Positions 30,057 through 39,615 of a stretch of 64,000 bases of DNA are shown here, one piece after another. The translations under genes and the position numbers were made by a program. The stretch lies in the IMG/VR virus record IMGVR_UViG_3300027432_000002. One strand, written 5' to 3'. The notes under the pieces were generated by a model. That model had not been told where the DNA came from and searched no databases. It was given only the letters and a program-made list of their open reading frames with translations. Numbering within the stretch: position 1 is the stretch's first letter; the number at the start of each line of letters is the position of its first letter. Source of the DNA: a virus.

Positions 30057-31573
30057 CTATTCCTTCACAATCTTGGAGATTTTGGTGGCGTACACGACGA
30101 GTCCTCTGCCACCTGGACCAAACATGCTCGGTGCAAGATCGTAAATTTGAAGTGCCTCGGATTGTGTAAGACCGAAGTTTCGCTTGAGATCGAACTGGGA
30201 AAGGGTTTTAGACGACATCGCTTCCGCAATGCGCATTCCCTTCCGAGTGATCTTGTTCTTTCGCTTGTGAGGCATGGTCTATCTCGCCCAGTGTTTCCGC
30301 AATTTGGCCTTGGGCGAGCCAGCGCGGGCGTTGTCGCCTACCATCTGGAGCATGGCCATGGCGTTTTGGTCTCCGGCGCGAGCGCACTCTACGAGGTCTC
30401 GGGCGCCGTCTGTTTGGGTCAACTGCGTTGCGCTCATTTTGCCTCTATAACATCAATATCGATGTTCCAACCGAGCCGATCTGCTTCGTCTCGTTTGCGT
30501 TTTGCAAGTGTGTGCGCCGCTTCGTTTGATAGTGGCGGAGAGAGATAGATTGGATGAGTTGCGCCAGAATGACGAATTTGAACTTGAGAAAAACTTTTTG
30601 CGTTTTTCTTCTTGCGCTTGTGAGGCATGGTCTACCTCGCCCAGTGTTTCTGCAATGATGCCGGAGTACCAAGAATCTTGTATTGTTCGTCTTCGAGCTT
30701 TCCAATCCTGTTCAGAATCTTGGTCCGCTCGCCCGTCTTATAAGCGGGAACTTTTTCGAGAATGGTCCAGCTACGCTTGATCTGCGCGTGGACAGTCTTG
30801 AGGGACCGTTTCTTTTTGCGTCGCTTGGCGGGCATAGCTACCTCGGTGGCTTTCGCAAAAGTTTACCACGCGGTCCAACTGGCATAAAATAGTCCTTATA
30901 CCCATCTGGACGCAGAACCCAAAAACCAAGTCCTTCTTTGTTAGTTCCTGTTTTTCGGTCCCACCAGCCTCCGTGTTCTAGGGTACGGCCATGAACGACA
31001 GAACCGGCCCGAAGTTTCTTGGTACTCTTTCGCTTGTGAGGCACGGCCTTACTCCTTCTCGATAGAGAACGTGGTACCGCGGAGGAGGTTACTTCTTTTC
31101 AAGGAATCACGAAGGCGCTTACGCTCCGCGACTGCCGCCGCCTTCGATTCGAACGAAGTGGTCATACGCGAAAACTGCGTATGAACGATGAGCTTGTGGC
31201 GCCTTCGCTTGTGTGCCATAACGATTAACCGATGGCGCGCTTGATGGCCGCCGCAGTGGTGCCAGCCTTGCGAGCGGCACGCTTGATGAAAGCCCGGACG
31301 CTGCGCTTGGTTGCTTTGGATACCTTGTGTTTCTTGGCCATGGTCTATCTCCTGTTTGACGTGTTGAAAGTAATTCGTGAACTAACTTCGTCACTTTCCT
31401 TTTGCGAAGATCCGTACGTACCCCTCGTCCAAGAGCGCTTGACGTTGTCCGTCGGAGAGCGGAAGCGCGTCCAAGCGAGAAGTGAGCTGGCGCCACTTGT
31501 ACTGTTGACGTTTGGTGGAAGCTGTCAAGGCTCCTGGCCAGTAACGTCCTTTCTTACGCTTCTTGTGGGCCAT
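30057..31573 (-). other. array of closely spaced small basic genes: 30057-30275, 30279-30437 (chimeric), 30434-30628, 30632-30835, 30838-31044, 31049-31219, 31225-31341, 31391-31573
   Basis: Starts MPHKRKNK, MSATQ, MPHKRKKK, MPAKRRKK, (GTG)PHKRKS, MAHKRRRH, MAKKHK, MAHKKRKK; three were translated by hand. Confidence 0.8.
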
Positions 31574-31575
31574 AA

Positions 31576-32247
31576 CTAGTAACTCCCATCATCGGACGGT
31601 GGAGGAGGTGGCGGGGTAGGGTGAGGATACTGCGAAGGGATCACCGTGCCAACCCCAAAGTCGCCACCATCGGTGGGTCCTCCTCCAAACCCTTCGCCAT
31701 GCGGCATGGGCGGAACCGGAGCTGGTGTGGCCGCGAGCGGCACTGGCGCCTGCATCATCTGGCCCGCTTGCGTTGCGGGGGCCTGCGCTTCAGGGTGCTG
31801 CAATTGGTCGTCCGGATGAGGTGCTGGGGGATTCGAAGGCGTAAGCTGCACAGGCGGTATCGACAGCGACTGTTCGAGCCCTTGCGCGTAGTCACGCAAG
31901 AAACCGGCCGAAGCACCTGCACCCTGGCTCTCGAACACGAGCGCCAACCCTCGGACCGCTGTCGGATCGGTAGACGATAGGGCAGCCTTGAGCGCTTGCG
32001 CACGCGCGAGCTGGACGTTCGCTGGCAGGGTCGGTAGCTTCGCGCGGTTGGCGAGCGCACGCGCTTGCTCGTAAAGACCAGCCTTCCTGAAGGCATCGGA
32101 GAGCGTATTGAGCCGCTCGGGGTCCTTCTCGAAGCTCATAGCCATGGAGTAGACCGCTTGCCGTTCCGGAGTCAGATCTCCGTCATTGGTCTTGTGAGCG
32201 TAGTAGCGCCAGAGAATGAAGAGACCGAGCGGAAGCCAGAGGGCCAT
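31576..32247 (-). CDS. membrane-anchored helical protein with Pro-rich tail, paralog of 26356..26937
   Basis: N-terminal TM, LTPERQAVY...DPERL. Confidence 0.7.
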   Translation of the reverse strand: MALWLPLGLFILWRYYAHKTNDGDLTPERQAVYSMAMSFEKDPERLNTLSDAFRKAGLYEQARALANRAKLPTLPANVQLARAQALKAALSSTDPTAVRGLALVFESQGAGASAGFLRDYAQGLEQSLSIPPVQLTPSNPPAPHPDDQLQHPEAQAPATQAGQMMQAPVPLAATPAPVPPMPHGEGFGGGPTDGGDFGVGTVIPSQYPHPTPPPPPPSDDGSY

Positions 32248-32523
32248 TTAATACTCCACGTTTTCTTCGATAAGGCGTATTGCTCTATCGAGCGCTAGAT
32301 CTCCGTGACTGCCAGGTGAATCGTATCCACCTTTGTCCCAACCGCGTTTTGTCTTCTGAATCGATCCAATCTGAACGCCTTGACTCGTTACGATGAATCC
32401 CTTTTTGTAAGGTTGAAGGTGGAAGTACGGATCGGACGCGTCAACAAGACTGGTGTCCGAATACGGAGCCAGCCGAAGACCGTCCCGAAGTTTCTTCCAC
32501 TTGTTCTTGCGCTTGTGAGGCAT
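32248..32523 (-). CDS. small protein, MPH-basic tag family
   Basis: Likely start MPHKRKNKW at 32523. Confidence 0.7.
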   Translation of the reverse strand: MPHKRKNKWKKLRDGLRLAPYSDTSLVDASDPYFHLQPYKKGFIVTSQGVQIGSIQKTKRGWDKGGYDSPGSHGDLALDRAIRLIEENVEY

Positions 32524-32525
32524 CG

Positions 32526-32903
32526 CTATCCTACCATCCAAGGTTGAATAAGCGGTAAGACTTCCACGATAAGCGGCGTCGCGTGCCAAATGGTCTTAGA
32601 ATTTGGCATTTTCGCATCAATCTCTTTCGATCCTGAGATATGAATGGAAGGTGAAATTTGCCAGTCCCTCTCCATCACCTTATTGAGTCCCCAACTTCTG
32701 CCGCCGGGGCCTGACTCAGTATACACGCCATTTGGAATCACAGGAACAGCAAAGTCTTCTAGCGAATCGTTGTCTACACGCTTCACGTAAAACCAGAGAA
32801 GCCAATAGCGTTCGCCCTTTTGCGTAACCGCTCTATGGATGGTGCACTCGTTTTCAGCGAGCGCCTCCACGTAGACCATAGAGCGGTATCGCAGGATAAA
32901 CAC
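32526..32903 (-). CDS. hypothetical protein
   Basis: SWGL...ISPSIH...WH motif, similar to 59784..60110. Confidence 0.55.
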   Translation of the reverse strand: MFILRYRSMVYVEALAENECTIHRAVTQKGERYWLLWFYVKRVDNDSLEDFAVPVIPNGVYTESGPGGRSWGLNKVMERDWQISPSIHISGSKEIDAKMPNSKTIWHATPLIVEVLPLIQPWMVG

Positions 32904-32957
32904 TTCGTGTACCTTTACCTAATTCATGAATTGGAAATAATAGATGGTACGCAATGC

Positions 32958-33932
32958 TCAGTGCGTTTGAACGGCTTGGGCGACCACGAACGCTTCGAGC
33001 GCAGCCGTCGCGCTTGCGGTGTACGTCGCAAGAGATGCCGATGTAAACGGTCGTCCGAACGACACGCCCGCGCAAATGGAGGCGAGCAGCGCTTGGTCAT
33101 CCGCCGTAGCGACTGTGATGGACTCTGAAGTGACGAGCGCGTCTACCTTTTGCGCAAAGGCGTTCGCTGCGGCAATGATGGTCGTGTAATCTCCAGAGAC
33201 GGTCAATCCAGTGATGTCGCGAGCGGAAAGAGCGCCTTGCATAGCGCCCTGGAAAGCACCTTTGCGTGCAACGCTGCCCGTGATATTCGTTACGGCGGCC
33301 GTGTAGACCGTATTGATGGCCTGCGAGATGGTGTAGTACGGATTGACAGGGGGACCTATACCGAGCGCGCCACCCACCACCGAAACGCTCCGGCCAAACG
33401 TGGCGCCAGCCACGATATTGGAGAGAAGGATTTCGTCGTCACCCGCGGAGATAACGCCGACTACGCTACCGATTTGGAGCGCGAAGCTATCCGCCGCGTT
33501 CACGGGCGCCGTGTAGTCGCCCGCGGCAAGGAGACCTGTCATGTCACGGCCAGAAAGGAGAGCGGCCATGATGCCAATAAGCGCGCCGTAATGACTTACG
33601 ACTCCTCCTGAGAGCTTGGCGACCGCAACCGTATAGGCTTCCGTGGCAGCCTGACACCACGGGTAGTAGGGATTGGCGACACCCGGCGTATTATTGACGA
33701 TCTTGAGAGACCTATCCGAGAGAATTCCCGAACAGATGGCAGCGAAGAGATTCTGATTGTCGCCCGTCGTAATCACCCCAACACTCGACGAAGCTTGGAG
33801 TGCGAATGAATTGACGGCGTTGACGACTGGATTGTAGTCGCCCGCCGTATCGAGCTGTTCGATGTCGCGGTTATTGAGGACCGCTTGCATTGCGCCTTGG
33901 AGAGCGCCGTTCTGTCCAGGTATCGCTGCCAT
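32958..33932 (-). CDS. protein made of three tandem copies of the fibre-anchor-like helical domain
   Basis: Three GAxxGxMxxxLxxRD...GDY...NxFA units. Confidence 0.75.
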   Translation of the reverse strand: MAAIPGQNGALQGAMQAVLNNRDIEQLDTAGDYNPVVNAVNSFALQASSSVGVITTGDNQNLFAAICSGILSDRSLKIVNNTPGVANPYYPWCQAATEAYTVAVAKLSGGVVSHYGALIGIMAALLSGRDMTGLLAAGDYTAPVNAADSFALQIGSVVGVISAGDDEILLSNIVAGATFGRSVSVVGGALGIGPPVNPYYTISQAINTVYTAAVTNITGSVARKGAFQGAMQGALSARDITGLTVSGDYTTIIAAANAFAQKVDALVTSESITVATADDQALLASICAGVSFGRPFTSASLATYTASATAALEAFVVAQAVQTH

Positions 33933-34001
33933 GGGTACTTCGTACCTCTTTTCTAACCTATTGGTTACTCACTCTCATGACTGCACCATGCAGTCGCGGC
34001 C

Positions 34002-35276
34002 CTAACCGATTCGCACAAGAGAAAACATCCGGTTACAAGATCCAGCATCAGAACCGTTGGCTGCGGGATTGGCTACCGTTACCGTATCTGTGCCTGTATT
34101 GGTGCGGTTATGGAGCGTAACACTTTGACCAGCGGTCAAGTGAATGATTCCGTGACCAATAATGGATTGCTCGAGAGTTGGATTGAGCGTTCCTACGAAC
34201 TGGTAGTTTCGCGCCACGGAAGCGCCGTTGACGTAAATCTCAAAAACGAAAGGCGTCGTTGCCATCGTGGCGTGAGTGCCCGTCACGTAAAAGTCGAACT
34301 CGTAATCTCCAGTGGATGCGACAACGAACGCAGAACCTGCGGGCGAAGGAACGGTTGTGAATCCTGCGTTTGGATACGGCGTAGCGCCCAGATCAAAGGT
34401 AACGTCTGCGTCTCCGCCAAGAGAGGTAGCACTGGCGCCGTACGCTACTCCGTACGCGGGAGAGAATCCTCCGCCTCCCGGTCCAGTTGCGCCTGTCGCC
34501 CCAGAAGAACCTGTCGCCCCAGAAGAACCCGAAGAGCCTGTCGCGCCTGTCGCCCCAGAAGAACCCGAAGGACCTGTCGCGCCTGAGCCTGTGGCGCCTG
34601 CGCTGCCAGTTGCGCCCACAGAGCCAGTCGCTCCAGTAGCACCTGTGCCCGTAGCGCCCGTAGCACCTGCGGCTCCCGTAACACCTGCGGCTCCTGTAGC
34701 CCCAGAAGCTCCCGTAGCGCCAGCAGTTCCCGTCGCACCCGTAGCGCCAGCGCCAGTAGCGCCCGTGGCTCCAGAAACACCTGTAGCACCAGCGCCCGTG
34801 GCGCCAGTAGCACCAGCGCCGGTAGCACCCGTAGCCCCTGAACTGCCCGTCGCTCCAGAAGGACCCGTCGCACCCGTCGCGCCACCACCTCCACCACCAT
34901 CTGGCCATGGTAGTGGTGCGATAGATTGGCCAGCGAAGTAATTGTCTCCAGCGATGATGAGCGCGATGATAGATTGACAAAGAGTTGTAAACGATGCTGG
35001 ATTGATCGTCTCTGACGTCAGGTCAGTGAAACGATTTTCCCATATCGCTTTGCAAGTCTTCTCAATCAAAAAGACGTTGAGTGTGTTCGGACTTGTATTT
35101 GGATTGATGGCCCACGCTTGGTCAAACGAAATAGCGAACGCGCCAGCGATAATCGCACTTGGTTCGTAACTGGCAGTATCAGTATCCGTCAAAACCCTAC
35201 CGCTCGCAGCCAAGCCGGAAAGAACTCCGGCATAGGCTGCGGTAAAGACGGTAGCACTGTTGGGTACGTAGGCCAT
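34002..35276 (-). CDS. collagen-like fibre protein (YVPN anchor family) with BclA/C1q-like head
   Basis: Anchor, GAT tract, G.YEFDFYV...[14 protein letters not shown] head. Confidence 0.85.
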   Translation of the reverse strand: MAYVPNSATVFTAAYAGVLSGLAASGRVLTDTDTASYEPSAIIAGAFAISFDQAWAINPNTSPNTLNVFLIEKTCKAIWENRFTDLTSETINPASFTTLCQSIIALIIAGDNYFAGQSIAPLPWPDGGGGGGATGATGPSGATGSSGATGATGAGATGATGAGATGVSGATGATGAGATGATGTAGATGASGATGAAGVTGAAGATGATGTGATGATGSVGATGSAGATGSGATGPSGSSGATGATGSSGSSGATGSSGATGATGPGGGGFSPAYGVAYGASATSLGGDADVTFDLGATPYPNAGFTTVPSPAGSAFVVASTGDYEFDFYVTGTHATMATTPFVFEIYVNGASVARNYQFVGTLNPTLEQSIIGHGIIHLTAGQSVTLHNRTNTGTDTVTVANPAANGSDAGSCNRMFSLVRIG

Positions 35277-35291
35277 CGGTCAATTCGCGAA

Positions 35292-36062
35292 TTAGGCGAG
35301 TCGCTTGATCGTAAGCGTCGCGCTGACCGAATGTGTTCCGCCGGCAGTTGGAGTGATCGTAAGCGCTGCCGGGTTACCAGATGGATTGATGACCGAGAGA
35401 ACGTTCCCCGCTCCGACCGTGATAACGGCGTTTCCAACCGCTTGACTAGTGCCCGTGGCGCGACCAACCACCGTATCCGGCAAGCCCACACCACCGATGG
35501 CCAACTGAAGCTGACCAGCTTCTGCAAAGCTGACTTGCCAATCGATTTGGTAGGTACCCGCGTTATTGAACATGAACGTATAGTCGTCGCCTCGGGTGAC
35601 GATAGCCGTAGCGCTTGCGGGTCCAGTCTGCGGGAACGCGACGGGAGCGCCAGCAGCCACCGTGGCGGAGTTATCGCCAGGCATGAGCGCAAAGAACCAG
35701 GCGTATCCTCCGACACCAGCGGGAGGTGGAACGGGAATCGGAACGCCGCTTCCCAGATTCGCAGCCGCGAGCGTATAAAGCTCATCGATGGCTGTAGCGA
35801 GCGCGAAGTAGCTATTCGGCAGAGTGACCGACGAATCGATGAGAGGTCGTCCTTCGAGCGCTGCGGCACAAATGGCTTCTAGCAGCATCTCTTCGTCGAT
35901 GGTGGTCAGTACCGGCAGAATGGCCGCGACTTGTACCGCGAACGCGTTGGCTGCGGCAATCTGCACCGAGTAGTCGGCAGCCAGATCCAATCCTTGGATA
36001 CTCCGACCGTCGAACACTCCCTGGATGGCACCTTGGTAAGCGGCATTCTGTGTGACTGACAT
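35292..36062 (-). CDS. anchor domain plus BclA-C-terminal-like head, without collagen
   Basis: AAYQGAIQG...RS...DY; VAAGAPVAFPQTGP, AGTYQIDWQVSFAEAGQLQL, VVGRATGTSQ, SATLTIKRL. Confidence 0.75.
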   Translation of the reverse strand: MSVTQNAAYQGAIQGVFDGRSIQGLDLAADYSVQIAAANAFAVQVAAILPVLTTIDEEMLLEAICAAALEGRPLIDSSVTLPNSYFALATAIDELYTLAAANLGSGVPIPVPPPAGVGGYAWFFALMPGDNSATVAAGAPVAFPQTGPASATAIVTRGDDYTFMFNNAGTYQIDWQVSFAEAGQLQLAIGGVGLPDTVVGRATGTSQAVGNAVITVGAGNVLSVINPSGNPAALTITPTAGGTHSVSATLTIKRLA

Positions 36063-36139
36063 GGGCTAATCCGTACCCTTTCTGTTTTATCTCACTCTCA
36101 TGATCGCACCACGCGACCAATTCGCGAACTATCCTAAAT

Positions 36140-36322
36140 TCATTTCCCCCAAAGCTTTGCCAGACGAAGTTCTTCTTTCATGAGTTTGGAGACGGACGGA
36201 TGGTCTCCAGCACGACGTCCGATAGCGAGATTGTGTTTGAAGATTTTGTCGAGCTTGTTTCGGACTCGGCGAATGCGTTGCGATACGGAGATTCTCTTCT
36301 TACGTTTCTTATGAGCCATCAC
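36140..36322 (-). CDS. small protein, MAH-basic tag family
   Basis: MAHKKRKKR. Confidence 0.7.
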   Translation of the reverse strand: MMAHKKRKKRISVSQRIRRVRNKLDKIFKHNLAIGRRAGDHPSVSKLMKEELRLAKLWGK

Positions 36323-36603
36323 TACCTCCGAATAAAACCTTGCTCCGCGAGTGTCATCTTTTGCATCTTGCTCGCGTACCGATAGAGCTTGTTCCAGGCG
36401 CGCTCTTCTTCTTTGTGGGCATGCACCTGATCTGGAGTTGGATTCTTGCCGTAACGCTTGTGAAGTGGACGCGGTTTGAATTCGCGAAGGCGCGCCATCT
36501 CCAGCGCCCAGTCGGAGGCACTGCCGGTAAATTCACGGGAGCGGTTCCAGGCTGGACGGTCCACGCTAAAAGTCTTTCCCTGGTGTTGGTGCGATAGGTC
36601 CAA
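36322..36603 (-). CDS. small basic hypothetical protein
   Basis: Coupled ORF. Confidence 0.5.
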   Translation of the reverse strand: MDLSHQHQGKTFSVDRPAWNRSREFTGSASDWALEMARLREFKPRPLHKRYGKNPTPDQVHAHKEEERAWNKLYRYASKMQKMTLAEQGFIRR

Positions 36604-36805
36604 GTGTCATAGCCATATTGCTTGCCTGGTGCATGACGTCACTGAGAGTCAATCCTTTTTCGTTGGCTACCGACGAAGCCAGTTTCATATATCGATTGTA
36701 CAGTTTTTGTTGAGTACGCATTGAAGTAGAAGTCATTGAGCCAGCGTACAAGCGTGCAGCCTTTACAAGAGACTCAAGTTTCTTGGAAGGGCGCTTATGA
36801 GGCAT
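36566..36805 (-). CDS. small protein, MPH-basic tag family
   Basis: MPHKRPSKK; TAATG coupling to the transglutaminase-like gene. Confidence 0.7.
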   Translation of the reverse strand: MPHKRPSKKLESLVKAARLYAGSMTSTSMRTQQKLYNRYMKLASSVANEKGLTLSDVMHQASNMAMTLGPIAPTPGKDF

Positions 36806-37386
36806 TAGCCCGTCCTCTTGAAGTAGGAGTTTTCATTTTCTTCCATACCACAGACCTTGCTCGGGTCCTCAAATGTGCCGTTGGGACCCATCACGAGAAT
36901 GTGGTAGTTCGTCTGATTGTCTTTCTTATCGACCATCCAGCGAAAGACTGGTTTGCTTTTGATTCCTTGCGCAGCGTACTCTGCCACAAGCGCGGCTGTC
37001 AGAGATTTGCAGTCTCCGAATCCTCGTTGGTAGAGTGCTGGAATAGAATCCCAGACTTGCGTACGGTCGTAGACGACACCACTCTCATAGAGCGGCGCGA
37101 TACATCCGGGTCTCATCTGAAGATAGATCAAATCAATCGCGCCAAGGCAGTGTAGGAGCGCCTGAAGTGCAACCGCGTTCGAAACCGGGTCTGATGCGGA
37201 ATCGAAGCACTGCGGCAAATCAAACGTAACACAATACGCCGGACCGTTTCGAAGGGTGGCGCCACGTTTCCCACAACTGCCTTGTATGGTTTCAGCGGAC
37301 TGGATGAGTATGTTTCTCACACGTCGGTTCTCTTCAGGATTTGAACCCTGGCAGAAGACGTGAGGGATACAGAACTCGATTTGCAC
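36805..37386 (-). CDS. transglutaminase-like (papain-fold) enzyme
   Basis: GFGDCKSLTA (Cys), YHILV (His), FEDPS (Asp). Confidence 0.75.
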   Translation of the reverse strand: MQIEFCIPHVFCQGSNPEENRRVRNILIQSAETIQGSCGKRGATLRNGPAYCVTFDLPQCFDSASDPVSNAVALQALLHCLGAIDLIYLQMRPGCIAPLYESGVVYDRTQVWDSIPALYQRGFGDCKSLTAALVAEYAAQGIKSKPVFRWMVDKKDNQTNYHILVMGPNGTFEDPSKVCGMEENENSYFKRTG

Positions 37387-37458
37387 GCTGAAATTCCTCC
37401 GCTTTGCTCTTTCGAGCTAATTCACGAATTGCGGCGAGATTACCTCACCGCAACGGAT

Positions 37459-38181
37459 TCAGCATCCACCACCGCCGGCAATTGTGCTGGGTCCTTGGAC
37501 GGTCGCGATGAACGTGTACGAGAACCCCGTGGCGAACCCCGGCGGAATGAAGCCAGTGTACGCCCCGCTGACCGTGAGCCGGTTCGCAGGCTCGAGGGTC
37601 GGCAGATCGAGGGCCACGCCCTGTGCGAGTGCCGAGTAGGTAAAGGCGTCCTCTGTGTCACCAACAAAAGCATTCACGTTCGCGACCTGGAGGCCCGTCA
37701 GAAGAACGAAGTTCGGCGCCGGAGCGTTCATGACGACACGCTGCGGGCGGATCTTCGTATTGGGCTGCAAGGTCATGTCGACGATGCTCGCGGGCGTGCC
37801 GAGCGTGAAGAGATTGCTCAAGGAAAACGAGTATCGTTCGATCTTGAGCAAGCTATTCTCGTTCGGGTCGAGAAGCGCCGCACGGGCCGCGGTATGGCCC
37901 ATGAGCTGGTGGTGATGGTGCCAAGCGCGAACCATCTCCGGATGCGCGTGACGCGCCTGGGGAGGGGCCGCCATGGGGGGAGCGCCTTCTGCGCCGTAGT
38001 CGTATCCGAACCCGTATCCGAAGTCCGCAACCTGACGATTGCGGGGCATCGGACGCGGCATCGGACGAGCCTGGGGATACGAGCGTCCACGCGCGTATCC
38101 AAAATCGGAACCCGGAAGGGCTCCCATGACCGCGGCAAGAGCCGGGTCACGCTGCGAAAGCTGAGAAGCGGTCGGTCGCAT
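37459..38181 (-). CDS. candidate major capsid protein (single jelly-roll-like C-terminal domain, disordered N-terminal arm)
   Basis: About 120-aa all-beta-patterned C-terminal domain; AAGGAG RBS; C/G-ending codons; own 5'UTR; adjacent to the transglutaminase-like gene. Fold is inferred. Confidence 0.5.
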   Translation of the reverse strand: MRPTASQLSQRDPALAAVMGALPGSDFGYARGRSYPQARPMPRPMPRNRQVADFGYGFGYDYGAEGAPPMAAPPQARHAHPEMVRAWHHHHQLMGHTAARAALLDPNENSLLKIERYSFSLSNLFTLGTPASIVDMTLQPNTKIRPQRVVMNAPAPNFVLLTGLQVANVNAFVGDTEDAFTYSALAQGVALDLPTLEPANRLTVSGAYTGFIPPGFATGFSYTFIATVQGPSTIAGGGGC

Positions 38182-38281
38182 TGTTGTTTCTCCTTGGTTG
38201 GTTTGATTATCGATTCGTCGTCGACATTACAACCCGGAGGCGACAAGATAATTCAAGAACTAAGAACAGAAACGAAAGTCT

Positions 38282-39532
38282 TTAGTACCCCGGATTGCGG
38301 TAGTACGGATTCATCGCCAACGCGGAGGCGTACTGATTGTACGCAGGCATCGGCCGACCATAGACATCCGCAGGCGAATACATCGGAGGAGGAATATAGG
38401 CCGGACCGAAGTACGGCAAAGGACGTAGAGGTTGCGCACGCCGTGGACTCGGACCGAGACATTCTCTTTTTGTATGCCAAATGCCGTCTATGTATTCGTA
38501 TGGCATTTGACAATGAGGATTTGGATGCGGTCGCGAAGCGGTAATGGTGTCCATCGGCATCATCATCGCACCAGATGGATCTCTGGTTACTGCAATGTTG
38601 CTCGCGGTGCCACGTCCAACCGCGTTGACGGCATCGATAACGCCACCTTGACCGCTCGTTGTGGGGTTATTGTCCTGATTGATGCGCTGGACTGGTGCTG
38701 GGCCTCGCGTCGCATTGGCGACAGCGGCCGTCGCTTGCGCAACGGAACCAACGGTCTGAATGATGTCTGTGAGGGTATGATCGTCGTCACCATCCCCCGC
38801 GAACACACCGGTCAAAGGAGAACGCGAAGGATACCGACCCCAATTGGAAAGAATCGGTGCGGAGAGATCTCCCGCGAAAACTCCCGTCGTCGGCGATCGA
38901 GACGGATACCGTCCCCAATTGGAAAGAATCGGTGCCGAGAGGTCTCCACCAAACTTCTTTTTCTTGGAGTACGGACTGTAAGCGTTACCGGTGGGAGCCG
39001 AAGCAATCGACGCGGTAGCCATCGAAGCAATCGGAGAACGCATCGACGAGAGGGGTGAGCGTATTCGCGAAAGACGATTCCATGAGGACCGCTCGTTACC
39101 AAAGTAGCCTGGACCGTCGTATTCCCATCCAAATGCGTGAGAGCAACTTCCGCCCATCATCGGGTCACAACCGAAGTCGTCGGGAATATCATTCTCGATC
39201 GAGTCACCAGCCATCGGAGCCAGGTGATTGCTGTGGTAGAGATCGGGTCCGTAATGACCACGCCAACCAACCCGAGGATCGCCGCTCATCGCGCTCGTTT
39301 GGCACGAGGCGCACGTTCCGCCGCATGTGCATTCATAGCCCATGTCTCCACCGTCGTCTCCTCCGTCGTCTCCTCCGTCATCTCCTCCACCGTCATCATC
39401 TTGAGAAGGTGGTGCAAAATCTCCACCTCCCCCTTGATGGTGCCTTTTGTGGTGACTGTGCTTGTGCGAGCTTCCCTTGTGGCCGCCAGTGCTGCGCGCG
39501 CGCCCACCAATGTCAAATCCAAAACCGTCCAT
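38282..39532 (-). CDS. segmented, low-complexity structural polypeptide
   Basis: His/Lys, Gly/Asp, Cys and Pro/Tyr blocks; tandem repeat GDLSAPILSNWGRYPSRSPxTGVFA. Confidence 0.7.
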   Translation of the reverse strand: MDGFGFDIGGRARSTGGHKGSSHKHSHHKRHHQGGGGDFAPPSQDDDGGGDDGGDDGGDDGGDMGYECTCGGTCASCQTSAMSGDPRVGWRGHYGPDLYHSNHLAPMAGDSIENDIPDDFGCDPMMGGSCSHAFGWEYDGPGYFGNERSSWNRLSRIRSPLSSMRSPIASMATASIASAPTGNAYSPYSKKKKFGGDLSAPILSNWGRYPSRSPTTGVFAGDLSAPILSNWGRYPSRSPLTGVFAGDGDDDHTLTDIIQTVGSVAQATAAVANATRGPAPVQRINQDNNPTTSGQGGVIDAVNAVGRGTASNIAVTRDPSGAMMMPMDTITASRPHPNPHCQMPYEYIDGIWHTKRECLGPSPRRAQPLRPLPYFGPAYIPPPMYSPADVYGRPMPAYNQYASALAMNPYYRNPGY

Positions 39533-39615
39533 GGCTGGCTGCGTCAGAGCTAGTCTTTATCTAACTCTGTCCTTTCTTCGCTACGTAGTTTATGAATTAC
39601 GTGAGAGAGTGCAGC

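Noticed and set aside
9044..34941. Plus-strand Pro/Val/Ala-repeat ORFs (9044, 12623, 13301, 17524, 34312)
   Set aside because: Antisense shadows of the Gly-Ala-Thr collagen codons; no RBS and opposite to operon direction.
19657..38544. Long plus-strand ORFs such as 19657..20997, 28316..29095 and 37360..38544
   Set aside because: They fully overlap better-supported minus-strand genes and show no recognisable motifs.
18411..39532. Repeated short peptides as RiPP precursors
   Set aside because: No modifying enzymes or transporter nearby; the structural-operon context favours virion polypeptides.
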